DNA from: the human T2T-CHM13v2.0 reference genome, Homo sapiens
Assembly (NCBI RefSeq): GCF_009914755.1
Contig: NC_060926.1
Length of the DNA stretch: 64,000 nt
Reading direction: 5' to 3' (one strand)
A program made the translations under genes and the position numbers. The notes under the pieces are model-generated. The model saw nothing but the letters and a program-made list of their open reading frames with translations. It searched no databases and was not told the DNA's origin. Positions 1 through 13,116 of the stretch are shown in pieces. Position 1 is the stretch's first letter; each line of letters starts with the position of its first letter.

Positions 1-1795
1 ATTCATGAACATTCTACAATAATTGCAAGTTGATTTACCTACTTCCCACCCCAGCCTGCACATTTGCCTGTGCAATGAAGGTGACTGGAAGTAATTTTGT
101 GCTGAAGAAAAATGTTGTCAACAAAATATGTCATAAGCAAGCTTTTTTCTTTCAAGGTTGTCCTGAAATAGGTAATCGGATTGAAATTTTATTTTAAAGA
201 AGCAAAATATATTGATCTAAACAAGCTGCATTTTATTAAAAACAAGTTCTCTAAAATCACAATTGGTGCTGTCTTACTGTAAAAAAAAAAATTGAGCTCT
301 TGGGAATTGTAAACCCAGAGACATAAGCTGTTAAGGGACACTTGGAAATTGTATACTTTTCCTGGAAATGACCATATTTCTGAAAACATCCAGAATTATT
401 AGGCCATCAGATGTTCCAGGGCTGCCCATGTCTGTCCTTCCTGCATTCCTCCTGGTATCAGTCTCCCTGATGAAGAAGGTTGGTAGATGGTAGAAATGTC
501 TGAGAAAAGAGTTGAGAGGGTAGGAAAGGTTTGGTGAGAAACCAATCAGCCTAACGCTTTCAGTGGAGCTCAACTTTAGCCTGGACCAATCACGGTGGAA
601 AGACTTATGTGTGGGCTTCCACTCCGGCTTCAGCTTTTGGCACCGGGTACCTCTGCTTCCATCTTTCAGGTTGTGATTCCTGAATTAAGACAGGCATTTA
701 TCCTGCCAGTTGTTCTTTCTGTTTGTAGATTTGATTGAATTAAATGGCTGTTTACTGATGTTTAAAGGTAAAAGCTCAGAACAAATGAATGAGAACACAA
801 GAAGTCCTCCTTCACAAAAAGAAGGACAATGAAAACATTGAAGCACATCGTGACATGACCAGCCTAAAGTATTGACTTAAACATTGTTAGGATTCATTTT
901 TCAACAACACTGTGAGAGGGGAGGACTGCAGCTAAATTGTTAACCTAAGATGTGGAGCTTGGAACATTGATCTGGAAGCCCAAAGTACTCTGTTCCTCTC
1001 TCGAGTACTCACCCAGCTGTAGACTTCATGCTTGAGTCTTGACGCCACTCACCTTTGGCTGCATTGCACTCCAGGCCACTGCAGAGCCATCGCTAGCACC
1101 CACAGTTGTCAGATGAGTGCTGCCTGGCTGGCCTCTGAGCTGGTTCTGAGTGTGCTTTCACTCTGTCCAGCCACGTCTATCCTGACTCCACTGCTCCTAG
1201 TTGGGACCCACTGCTGCTCTTTTTGACTTGGTATTTGGATCTGGCTTCTCTCAGCTTGGCTTTGAAGACTTTTGCTTGGATTGCACTTCTGTCATGAGTT
1301 CAGAATTCATCAGGTGTTTACTTGCTCCTAGAAACCTGATAGAACCCCCTCTAGCCTAGAGAAAGGTCCTGATAGTTTACTTAGGAAGAATTCAGACAGT
1401 ATCTGCACCCAGACTAGAACAGCCCTGGTGTAATCTCTTAGTAGGATGATGTGATATCCTCCTGCTTCTGTTGTTTTGTGTGTATAGTGAAGATATTCCA
1501 TTTGCGGCTAACACATACCTTGTTGCTATATTCTAACAGTAACTGACAGTGAAAATCTCACCTTCACAATGGAGAATCAAAAATCAAAACAAGGATAACA
1601 ACCAAAAAATCCTAAAACTACCATTTTATCTTGCTTCTAGGATACAGGCATTGTGATTTAGGAATTCCCCCCACGCCCCCCAAAAAAATACACCTGTGTA
1701 AGACCTTGATTTCAAATGATTTATATGGGAAAAGAGGCCAAATGCAAGAATTTTGTTGGCTGAAATGACAGCATGACAACAAAGGCAATCAGTTC

Positions 1796-2166
1796 TGATA
1801 AGGTTTGGCTGTGTGTCCCCACCCAAATGTCATGTTGAATTATGTTCTTCAGTGTTGGAGAAGGGGTGTGGTGGGAGGTGACTGGATCACCAGGCAGATA
1901 TCCGCCTTGCTGTTCTTATGACAGTGAGTGAGGTCTCATGAGACCTGTTTGTCTGAAAGAGTGTACACTTCCCCCTTTGCCCTCTCTCCTATTCCACCAC
2001 GTGAAGACGTACCTGCTTCCCCTTTGCCTTTCTCCATGATTGTAAGTTTCCTAAGGCCTCCCAGTCATGCTTCCTGTACAGCCTGCGGAACTGTTAAACC
2101 TCTTTTCTTTATTAACTACTCAGTCTCAGGTAGTTCTTTATACCAGTGTGAGAATAGACTAATACG
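1796..2166 (+). mobile_element. MST (MSTA/MSTB-like) ERVL-MaLR solo LTR
   Basis: Starts TGATAAGGTTTGGCTGTGTGTCCCCACCCAAAT, ends GAGAATAGACTAATACG; perfect 5-bp TSD AGTTC at 1791-1795 and 2167-2171. Confidence 0.9.
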
Positions 2167-2171
2167 AGTTC

Positions 2172-2415
2172 TGAAGCTGCACTTGGGTGGTGATGCCTCA
2201 GTTCTGTGCTTCCTGCTCAGGAGGCTGCGGCCCTCTTGTCAAATCCATTCTGGGGTAAAGTTTTGGGACTTGTTTCTTGAAATTTGACCTATATTCTGTC
2301 TTATCAGCGCTCATGAAGTTTCTGTGAGTTCTGCATATCTGTCAATAGTTCCTTTCCTTCATAACCAGCTACAGTGTCTTCTATAGGTGGGCTGCTAAGG
2401 ACCATGACCAATCAA
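2172..2415 (+). mobile_element. Possible 3' part of an old ERVL-type LTR interrupted by the MST
   Basis: End resembles degenerate ERVL LTR termini (TTCCTTTCCTTCATAACCAGCTACAGTGTCTTC...CTAAGGACCATGACCAATCA); weak, by eye. Confidence 0.3.
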
Positions 2416-3289
2416 TATACATTTAGGAAACAGTAATGTTAGCATGCTTAGGAGAAAAGAGGTATTGTTATATAATTATACATGCTTGTGTTAGAGCCAA
2501 GTCAGTCTCAATTTTCACATTTGTCAAATGGGAATAGTAAGAGAGAGGAAAAAATACATATGAAGCATCTAACACTGTGTCAGTACAGAGAAAGAAGCCT
2601 CAAAAGAGAGTGCTGAGTAAGCCTCAAGCTTACCAAATGAATGCACATTAATTAAATAGCAGAAATGTTAGTCCTAATTGGATTAAGCAGTCTTTATCGT
2701 GTCAGAAAAAAATATTGAGAGGCAAAGACAAAGTTCTAAAATTACCCAGTATATATATTTTTAAAAAGTTTCTTAGTGATTCCTAAAATAACCAAGTCTA
2801 ACTGGCAAATAACAAATAATTTTAAATACACAATTTATAGGAACCTTATTACCATTCTTAATTAGGTATTTCTACAAAACAGTGAAAGAGTAGAAGAAGA
2901 CATATTAATAAAAAATGCAATTGTCTAAATAGAATGCCTATTGGAGGAGGAAATGAGAGGTGGTGATGGGAGGGGGAGAGAGAGAAAACAAGGCGAGGAG
3001 GAGAAAGTGTAATACAGTTTCTTGGTAAAGTGTCCCCAAGATTACTTATTGAAGGGTCTGGGACTCCTCCTTGATTAGCAGTTTCTGGTTCCTGTTAGCT
3101 TTCTCAGTTCTATCACTTTTCCTCCCCCTCATGATTGTAGATCAGTCTTCTTCGTCTCTCCATTTGATCATTTGTTGCACAATTATTTCCTTCACCCACT
3201 GGGTAATAGACGTTCTAATTAAATTGCAGGCACTGTATTCAGTGCCAGCTTCCTTTGCACATGGAGACATTTCTTAATGTCTAAAGAAA

Positions 3290-3705
3290 AGCTCCAAGTT
3301 GACATTCCATTGATGTCTCAAACCTAGCCTATGTTTATGATCAGATACAAGATGTTTCCTGTTAAATTTATTCCACTTTTGATTTCAAACACATAGACTT
3401 AAAAATACTGTCATCTTTAAATTGTACACTCTCATTCAATTAGTGCTAAGTTCAGTTGGTTTTACAGGTCAATCTTGAATCAATTATTGTATTTTTGCTC
3501 ATTGCCTTGGTTCAAAGTCTAATTATTTTTTTTACTTGGTCTCTTGTGATGATACTGTAACTGATCATTAAGCCCCTTACTCTCTGAAATCCAATCCATT
3601 CTTCATACTTTGTGTTTCTTAAACACATAATTCCTAATATTTCTCTGTACAAAAGACCTCTTGGGTCTTGTTGCCTATAAATCCTTTAGATCACATTTAA
3701 GTGTT
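3290..3705 (+). mobile_element. L2 LINE fragment (degenerate)
   Basis: L2-like motifs CATTGCCTTGGTTCAAAGTC, CCAATCCATTCTTCATAC, GTTGCCTATAAATCC. Confidence 0.45.
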
Positions 3706-3715
3706 TCTAAAACCT

Positions 3716-4042
3716 TAATGTCCTGTAGGGCCATCCATGTTATTGCAAATTACAGAATTTTCTGTTTTTTGTTTGTTTGTTTGTTTCTAAGGCTGAGTAG
3801 TATTCCACGGTGTATATATACCATGTTTTAAAATCCATTCATCCATTGATGGACACTTAGGTTGTTTCCATATCCTGACTATTGTGAATAATGCTGCAAT
3901 AAACATTGGGGTGCAGACATCCCTTTGGCATATTAATTTCAATTCCTTCAGTGAGATTGCGGGATCATGTACACATGTGTTGAAACATCACATTGTACCC
4001 CATAAATACATGTAACTATTATTTGCCAATTAAAAATAAAAC
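3716..4042. mobile_element. L1MA-type 3' fragment with 5' inversion (antisense ~3716-3967, sense ~3968-4042)
   Basis: Antisense L1 3' motifs GGCTGAGTAGTATTCCA and CATTGATGGACACTTAGGTTGTTTCCA joined to the sense L1MA terminus AACATCACATTGTACCCCATAAATA...AATTAAAAATAAAA. Confidence 0.8.
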
Positions 4043-4399
4043 AACACTGTAAAAAGGAGTTTCAGAAATCTGCTATTTCTTGTGTACTGATCTACTCACA
4101 GAACCTCTGTTATTCTTATCCTCTGGTGATCTACTCATCCACTGGAGAAGAATGTTTATCTTAAGTCAACATGCCTTCATGACATAATTTGCCAACTGAT
4201 TGAGTCACTGATGGAAACATGACACCGTTCAGAAGTCTCTAAGAAGGAATAATAAACATTAACTGTTTTACAGCTTTATGTGTTACCTGCACTGGGTCCT
4301 CTTTATACTGACTTTTTTGTTTAAATATGGAATTCCATTTTTAGCTCTCTGCTTTTTTTTATTTTTGCTTCTCATTTCTTGTCTCCTAATCTATGGTCT

Positions 4400-4630
4400 C
4401 ATCTATGCCTATTAAATGGATTTTCCATCTATGTGCATAAGAATACTGGTCCGTATATACACTTGCCCCTAAAAATGTCCACAACCATAACCAAATGTGA
4501 ATGTTTTACAGCCATAACCACATCAAAAATCCCAAAATAGAAATCACATTTTTTTTTCAATTTATAATTTCTCTCCTTCTCTTGTAATTCCTATTTCAGG
4601 AATTGGCACTCCTATCCCCCATTTAGCTAA
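4400..4630 (+). mobile_element. L2 fragment (degenerate)
   Basis: L2-like CTCCTTCTCTTGTAATTCCTATTTCAGGAATTGGCACTCCTATCCCCC. Confidence 0.4.
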
Positions 4631-5479
4631 TTAGAGGGAGATAATCACTTCTCCAGGAGAACATTCAGAAAACTCCTGAACAAAAGAAGACATAGCCTTT
4701 GTCCTTATGAGACTGAGATACTTAGGGTAAGCGAGGACCAGGATAAAACTGCTCTGATTTGGTGCTTGCAGAAGAGAAATAAAGTTGATCCAGTAAAAAT
4801 CACCCGCAAGCTCAAGAGTGCATCGCCTTGGTGCACGGAGGTGTGTAGTAAATCTCAGTTCTTTCCCCACGCCTCCTCCTGGGTTGCTGTCTTTTGCTGG
4901 TGTAACATCCCTTACTAGAATCTGACCCAATTGAGCTGCCAGCACCTGCTCAGTGTGCCCTTTCTTTTAGTTTTTAGTACAACTTTGACCTTGTGGCTGA
5001 GACTTTGACAATTCTCTTCATCATGAGTTTCCTGCCTGCGTCCCTGTGCTGCCTTTCTAGACAATGTGTTCTACCTAAGCTGCCCAGAAATGGCATCTTT
5101 TGTCATAATCCACCCTGGGTCCTGCCAATAAAGGAAAAGAGTGGGGCTCATCGCATCCACGCTCCTGGCTCAAACCATAGAATGACAGACTTTACACCTT
5201 GAAAAAACATGAAGAATCACTTCATCTCCTCTTTATTTTTTGATGAACGGAGCCCCAGGAAACAAGAATGGAGCCAATGGGATAGAGTGCTTTGAAAAAA
5301 TTAACCTATGCTGGCATCTATTAGACATCTCTATAATTTGATGCTTATTTTTTTCCAACTTCAAACACTCGAATATCACAGTACAAGTTAGTTTACTTTT
5401 AAGTACAACTAATTTTAGAGGCAAGGACTAACCATTGATTTGGGAATACAAATTGTACAAAAAGCAGCCAAACTTTTCA

Positions 5480-5628
<149 letters not shown>

Positions 5629-5722
5629 GTTTTGTTCAAGCAACGGCTCTGTCAGCATGACCTGGGTTCCTGCCTGTGTGCCTGTGTCTATGCCTCATGA
5701 AGCCTTTACCCTGCTTCTCTAG

Positions 5723-5765
5723 TGTATTAGTCAGGGTTCTCTAGAGGGACAGAACTAATAAGATT

Positions 5766-5796
<31 letters not shown>

Positions 5797-6539
5797 GTAT
5801 ATATATGTGTATATATGTATATATAATATATATTATATAATATGCATATGTATAAAATATGTATATTATATATGTATATTTTATATATATGTATATATTA
5901 TATGTATATTTTATATATGTATATTTTATATATATGTATATATTATATATGTATATTTTATATATATGTATATATTATATGTATATTTTATATATATGTA
6001 TATATTATATATGTATATTTTATATATATGTATATATTATATATGTATATTTTATATATATGTATATTTTATATATATGTATATCATATATATGTATATA
6101 TTATATATATGTATATCTTATATATATGTATATATTATATATATGTATATCTTATATATATGTATATAGGAGTTTATTAAGGAGAATTGACTCACTTGAT
6201 CACAAAATAAAGTCCCACAATAGGCCACCTCCAAGTCTAAGAGTCCAAAAGCTGAAGAACTCGGAGTCTGATGTTCAAGGGCAGGAAGCATCCAGCACGG
6301 GAGAAAGATGAAGACCAGAAGACTCAGTACGTCTGCTCTTTCCAACTTCTGCCTGATTTATTCTAGCCGTGCTGGCAACTGATTAGATGGTGCCCACCCA
6401 GATTGAGGGTGGGTCTGCCTCTCCCAGTCCACTGACTCAAATGTTCATCTCCTTTGGCAAGACCCTCACAGACACACCCAGGAACAATACTTTGCATCCT
6501 ACTATCCAGTCAAGCTGGCACTCAATATTAACCATCACA
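5723..6539 (-). mobile_element. MLT2A (HERV-L) solo LTR with expanded internal TA tract
   Basis: TGTATTAGTCAGGGTTCTCTAGAGGGACAGAACTAATA ... CTCAATATTAACCATCACA match the MLT2A antisense termini; 5-bp TSD TCTAG/TTTAG. Confidence 0.9.
5762..6168. repeat. TA-rich microsatellite/minisatellite (~32-34-bp higher-order unit)
   Basis: Repeating TATATATGTATATATTATAT(AT)GTATATTT; source of the Y/I/M low-complexity ORFs at 5795-6311. Confidence 0.95.
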
Positions 6540-6743
6540 TTTAGGGTGGCCTGATGTGGCTCAAGCCAGAGTTTAGCTTCTGCCCCTCCCTTGCTGTCTC
6601 CAGACTCTGTCCTTGTTATATCTAAATTCCTTCACTCCATTCTGTTCAGGCTGTTATACTCTTGTCATTGGCACAGAACAGGGACATGTACTGGGGAAAA
6701 TGGGGCAGGGAACAGGAAAAACTTGGGGAAAAAAACACAAAAA

Positions 6744-7085
<342 letters not shown>

Positions 7086-7428
7086 TCAGTTTCTTCCTTC
7101 TCTAGAAGCCATTTGCAGACTGTCTGGGCCAGGACAGCTTCTTTTTCACATAAACACTCTGACACTTTTCTCTTAGTGCCATTTTAGCATGGTCATTATG
7201 CATGCCACTTTCTAAGAGACTATGGGATTTGAGAGAGTAAGGCTTAATGTATTCTGGCATAAAAGAGATAGTAAGTGTTTATAGAAAAGAAGGGAAAGAG
7301 GTAGAAAGGAGGAAAAAGTAATAAAAATAGAAGAGGGAAGGAGAGAGAAGGGAAAACTATGGATGAAGAAATGATTAAATATGGAACAATTTCAATCTTT
7401 GCAACCTTATGAATATTCAAAATTTCTT

Positions 7429-7459
7429 TTTTTATTTATTATTATTATACTTTAAGTTT
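7429..7459 (-). mobile_element. Extremely 5'-truncated L1PA insertion (~30 bp)
   Basis: Reverse complement of AAACTTAAAGTATAATAATAATAAATAAAAA (L1PA terminus plus tail) flanked by a perfect 15-bp direct repeat TATTCAAAATTTCTT (7414-7428, 7460-7474). Confidence 0.85.
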
Positions 7460-7756
7460 TATTCAAAATTTCTTAATTATCATTTGTCAACAAGATTGAC
7501 TCCCTCCTTATGTTCAAGGGTATACCTTCTTTGAAAAATACCAATGTGATTCTGGTGCCATGTTTTGTAACCTCCCTGCCACACCCCCTCCTTTGCTATT
7601 GACCGTATTACACCAAGACTGAGTACTTGGGCTGATGATCTTCACAGGAGTGTGATCACTTTCTCTCTGGATGCTTGACAGTTTGAAGCCTGCTGGAGGA
7701 TGTTGTCTGGGTTGTGCTGTCGCTGTCTCTGACTTCCAGACTCATAGAAAGCAATA

Positions 7757-8320
<564 letters not shown>

Positions 8321-8813
8321 AGGTCTGCACTCTTGAAAAATTCGTTTTTTTTTCCTATGGGCTTCTGTTGGCACATGCTATAAACAGTAGCTGCATGAAA
8401 TGTGCTAATGTTTTTGTTCTGAAGGATATTGTTTAGAACTTTCTTAAGTATTGCAAAGTGTCCATTTTATAGAGACTAGTAAGATAAATTATCTTCTCAT
8501 CATAAAATCTAAAAAACGTAGCACTTTTCATAAACAGCTAATATATTCTTACATTATTGATTCTATGAATGTCTTAATTAATCTTGAATTTTACTTTTGG
8601 TTGTCAGCACAGAGCCGAATTGGTGTGGCTCATTTTTAACTATTACGAAGTACCTTATGCCATTACTTTCCATGTGCCAAATTACCCCAGCTTTGTCTCT
8701 TCCCTGACCTTATTCTTCTAGCACTTCACTCTCCTCATTTATATTTATGTTTCACGATTCCCGCACTTGTTTTCGTGAATTTGTCTCTCTCTTTTCCTCA
8801 CAATGTGGGCTAT

Positions 8814-9290
8814 TGTGTCAGCTAGATATTGAATTCACGTGAAAATATCAGAGAATCCAGACGTGATGGCTTTAAGAAACTAATGGTACTGATGGCTTGA
8901 ATCTGACGATGGCAAAGAGGATTCTGCAGGTTTGTCCAGGGGTTCAAAAACGAAAGGGCTGATTCTTCTGCCATTTCTTGGTCTTTACTCCCTGCCTTGT
9001 AGTTACACCCATATGCAGCATCGTACCTACTTCTGGACAACAAAAAAAGAGAACAGGCAGGTCAAAAAGCACCTACCAGTTGGGTCAGACTGCACTTAGT
9101 GTTTTCTCTGCAGCTCCAGCCAGGGACTCCACCCCCACATGATTGGCAGGAGCTATGTTGGGGGACAATCTCTCTATAGCTGTCTGTCTGTTTTATGATG
9201 GATGTATAGCTACACCAAAAAAAAATCTTATGTTAGTAAGAAAAGAGGTGAAAATGGATATTGAACAAACAAGAAACAGTCTTTGACACA
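8814..9290 (-). mobile_element. Old MLT1 (J/K/L-type) MaLR LTR
   Basis: Ends TGTTAGTAAGAAAAGAGGTGAAAATGGATATTG...AACAGTCTTTGACACA (reverse complement of the MLT1 5' end); flanks GCTAT/GGTAT. Confidence 0.65.
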
Positions 9291-10037
9291 GGTATAAATA
9301 AGTAAGCCATCTTAGTTTTCTTTGTGTCATTGTAATGCTTTATAATAAAAAATTTAACATTTACATAGCACTTTAAACCTTTTTTCAAGTGATTTTATAT
9401 CTGTTTCCATAGCTTTATATTATTTTGCTACTCTTTTCTACTAAATCACTGGAAATATTTGTCACTTCCTATAACTATAAAACCTGGAATTTTCATTCAA
9501 ATGATTAATGATATGTTTCTCTGTATTTCTCCTTGTTATTTATGTAATTTCTTTAACTCAATTTCCTTCTGATAGTTTTTCTGTTGCAAGACTAGATATT
9601 AATTTCACAAAATTTGCTAAAACCTTTTACAAATGCCACAAATCCCATTAGGAATTCATTATTCAAGATACAAAACATAATGCATTTTATAGAGCTTTTA
9701 ACAGAGTCTGTAAGCCTGAGGCAGCATCTTTGAGTTTTTGCTCTAAATAGGGAGCCACAGCTGCCCTTACCTTGGCTTCACACCACTTCACGAAACTGCC
9801 AATACAATTTATTGCTAAGTGAAGAAGTATTTGTCATGGAAAATGGGTGCTGCATGAAAAGAGAGAGAGTGAGAGAAAAATAGAGAAATAGAGAGATAGA
9901 GCAAGCTCCCTTTTCTTTGATTTCTTTGGAATAAAAACCTTGAGGCACCATTTCAGTGGTTTAAAAAATTTCATTCTTTCTCTCTTCTTCCTTTCTAATA
10001 TATTATCAACATTTAACAATTGAAAGGAAAATCTGAA

Positions 10038-10161
10038 CTTGTGAGGCTGAGGTGAGAGGATCTCCTGATCCTGGGAGGTGGAGGCTGCAGCAAGCCATTT
10101 TCACACCACTGCACTCCAGCCTGGGGCACAGAGCTGGATCCTGTCTCAAAAAAAAAAAAAA
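10038..10161 (+). mobile_element. AluJ right arm or FRAM monomer
   Basis: GAGGCTGAGGTGAGAGGATC...GAGGCTGCAG...CCACTGCACTCCAGCCTGG...CTGTCTC followed by poly-A. Confidence 0.85.
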
Positions 10162-10561
10162 GCTGGACTTTATAGATTATGCTCTTCCTGACTTTCACTT
10201 TTAAAGTTCTCCTTGTAGATACCTTTACATTTCTCAATAATATTCCTTTTGTGATATTTCTTGATGCATTGACTTGTACACCACTCACACCCCATTCCCC
10301 TCTCTTTACTCTCCTAATACTTCTTATCACATTTTTTAGTCTCATCAATACTCATTATTTATCCTATGGTAACTAAGTAGGAAATGTTCACTGCTGACAA
10401 GTGATGTTCTGAGACAACATTTTCTTTCCTGTATTATTCTTTGCTTTCCATGGAATTAATTGGCTATTTTTTTAATGTGTTGAATTTTTGTTTTGCTATG
10501 ATGTTTTAATTTCCAAGAAATCATTCTGATTCTGAGAATGTCTCAGTGTTCACGTTTTTTT

Positions 10562-10805
10562 CTTTTATTTTTTAAAATACTTAATTATCAAATAAAGATC
10601 GGATATCTTCAAGGTATATAATGTAATTGATTTACATTGTAATTGATCTCCTATATGTATACACTGAATACACAATGAAATTAATAACCTCATCCATAAC
10701 CACTCATGCGATACTTTAAACCTCCAACACCTGTTCATCTGATAGCTGAAAGTTTGTCTCCTTTGGCCAACATGTCTCCATTTCTCCCCCCACCCAGTTC
10801 TCTGA
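10562..10805 (-). mobile_element. L1MA 3' end fragment
   Basis: TTCAAGGTATATAATG...CTGAAAGTTTGTCTCCTTTGGCCAACATGTCTCCATTTC typical of antisense L1MA 3' UTR. Confidence 0.65.
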
Positions 10806-11841
10806 TGTTGCCCTTTATGCAGGCAAATTCTTCACCCTCTCCTTTGTTCTCTACATTACTATGTTTATTGTTTTTATAACACAAATGTAATTCATTATAT
10901 TGTTTTTACATTTGTCTTCATTTATTACATTGTAGCAATTTTGAAAGCAGAAACCATGTTTTATTCACCATGTCACTTGGGCATGGTACTTGATCTATGA
11001 TCTATGATAGTAGTAATTATTTCTTGAATTAATTAGTAGTAATTAGTTGGTGAATTAATATAATATTCAAATGAGAACCAGAGGTTTTATAATGTGACTT
11101 CAAATGAAAGGTCATTTTCCTTTGCTCTGTATTATCAGATTATTAACTTTGCATGATAAAATACATAAAATTCATTCATTTTCCCTGAAGTCTTTCCTAT
11201 TTTTCCTGAAGTTATCTTTGAGAGTAGGGTACAGTGGAAATACAAATTTTTCGAATAATGTTTTTGCTAACTTTTCGGATTCGTGGGATTTCAATAAATG
11301 ATGCTCCTCTTTTCTTCCATATTGTGTAATGAATAAAAAGACAGTTAATAGAGTCAGGTAGCTGGAGACTCAGCTATCAGCTTTTTGCCAGGGGCATCTT
11401 GATTGGAGAATGTGCATTAGAGGGGTGCTCACAGTGGGCTCACAGGCACAACACACTAGTAGCGGAGTGGTGTCCCCACAGACAGTCACAGCCGCTGATG
11501 GGACATCTTTGTCCTGCAGAGAGGCTGGCTGGAGAAACAGTCTCGGGGGCCTTTTCACAGACTTACCGGGCAGATCATTTCCTGTCAGCTAATTTTCTCC
11601 AATTTCAAACTCATTTCCTGTCTCAGTGCTAAAAGCAATCATGTATCCCATCAGACATTTTAAGTTGATCTCTAAAAATTATTCACCATAATTTTAAATA
11701 CCTACAAAATGTATCATTTCTGGCATATTGGAACTAGTAATATAATAATAAAATTGATATGAAACTCTTTTTAATACATCCAATGACCTCTAAATGTAGC
11801 ACATTTATGTTCACTTTAAGGCATTTAAAAATGCATGATCA

Positions 11842-12284
<443 letters not shown>

Positions 12285-12987
12285 TCAATTCTACTTCTCC
12301 TCCCAAATTTCTTACTCAGTTAAAATATGCTTGTGTGTGAAAATAATGAGTTACCACATGATGAAAGCACACCACACACATGCTACCACATACAGAAATT
12401 TAAAAAATTATTTCCTGTAACCATAAGATGCTAAGTAACAATACTTATCTTTAAAACAAAGTTTTATTAAAATTATCATTAATACACAATTAATAAACAG
12501 ATAAATACATATAAATAAATTAGTACTTTGGCAAGTATGTAACAAATGGGAAAATTTCATTGGAAAATGATCACTTAATGAGATGAGCTAGACTTTTTGT
12601 CAAAATAATATCAGGCTTCAGATAAATTCTATCCAATACTTTTAATTTTTATAGATATAAGACAAGTGCTCTTACAAACAAGTAGATGGAGTAGTGAGGG
12701 GCTTATGATAATAACGTTACTCTCTTCTAAGAATTCTGTTTAATTATGACATATTGTGTTATCAAAACTTGTACTATATGTTGTAAATCAGCAATCAACT
12801 GCATAAGATTATATACTAAGTTTATGAAAACAAAGAATACCACCTGACTATGACTTAGTGAAAAGACGTATCATCCATTAATAAAGTTCCTTATGCTTTC
12901 AAAATCTGAAAGGTATGCTGTTTTTAGTTTCTCCCAAGATTAATCAAACACTGTTACTATTATTACTGTTTTTAGCTAAACATACCT

Positions 12988-13105
12988 GACAAATGTTGGA
13001 GGTGATATATATCCCAATTACCCTGGTTTGATCACTACAGATTTTATACAGGTATCAAAATATCAACTGTGTCCTGAAAATATGTAAAATTAATATAAAC
13101 AAAGT
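12988..13105 (+). mobile_element. L1MA 3' terminus
   Basis: AAATGTTGGAGGTGATATATATCCCAATTACCCTGGTTTGATCACTAC...AAAATATCA. Confidence 0.65.
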
Positions 13106-13116
13106 AAAAGGTGAAA

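Noticed and set aside
5795-6311. Overlapping Tyr/Ile/Met-rich ORFs
   Set aside because: Translations of a TA microsatellite inside an LTR.
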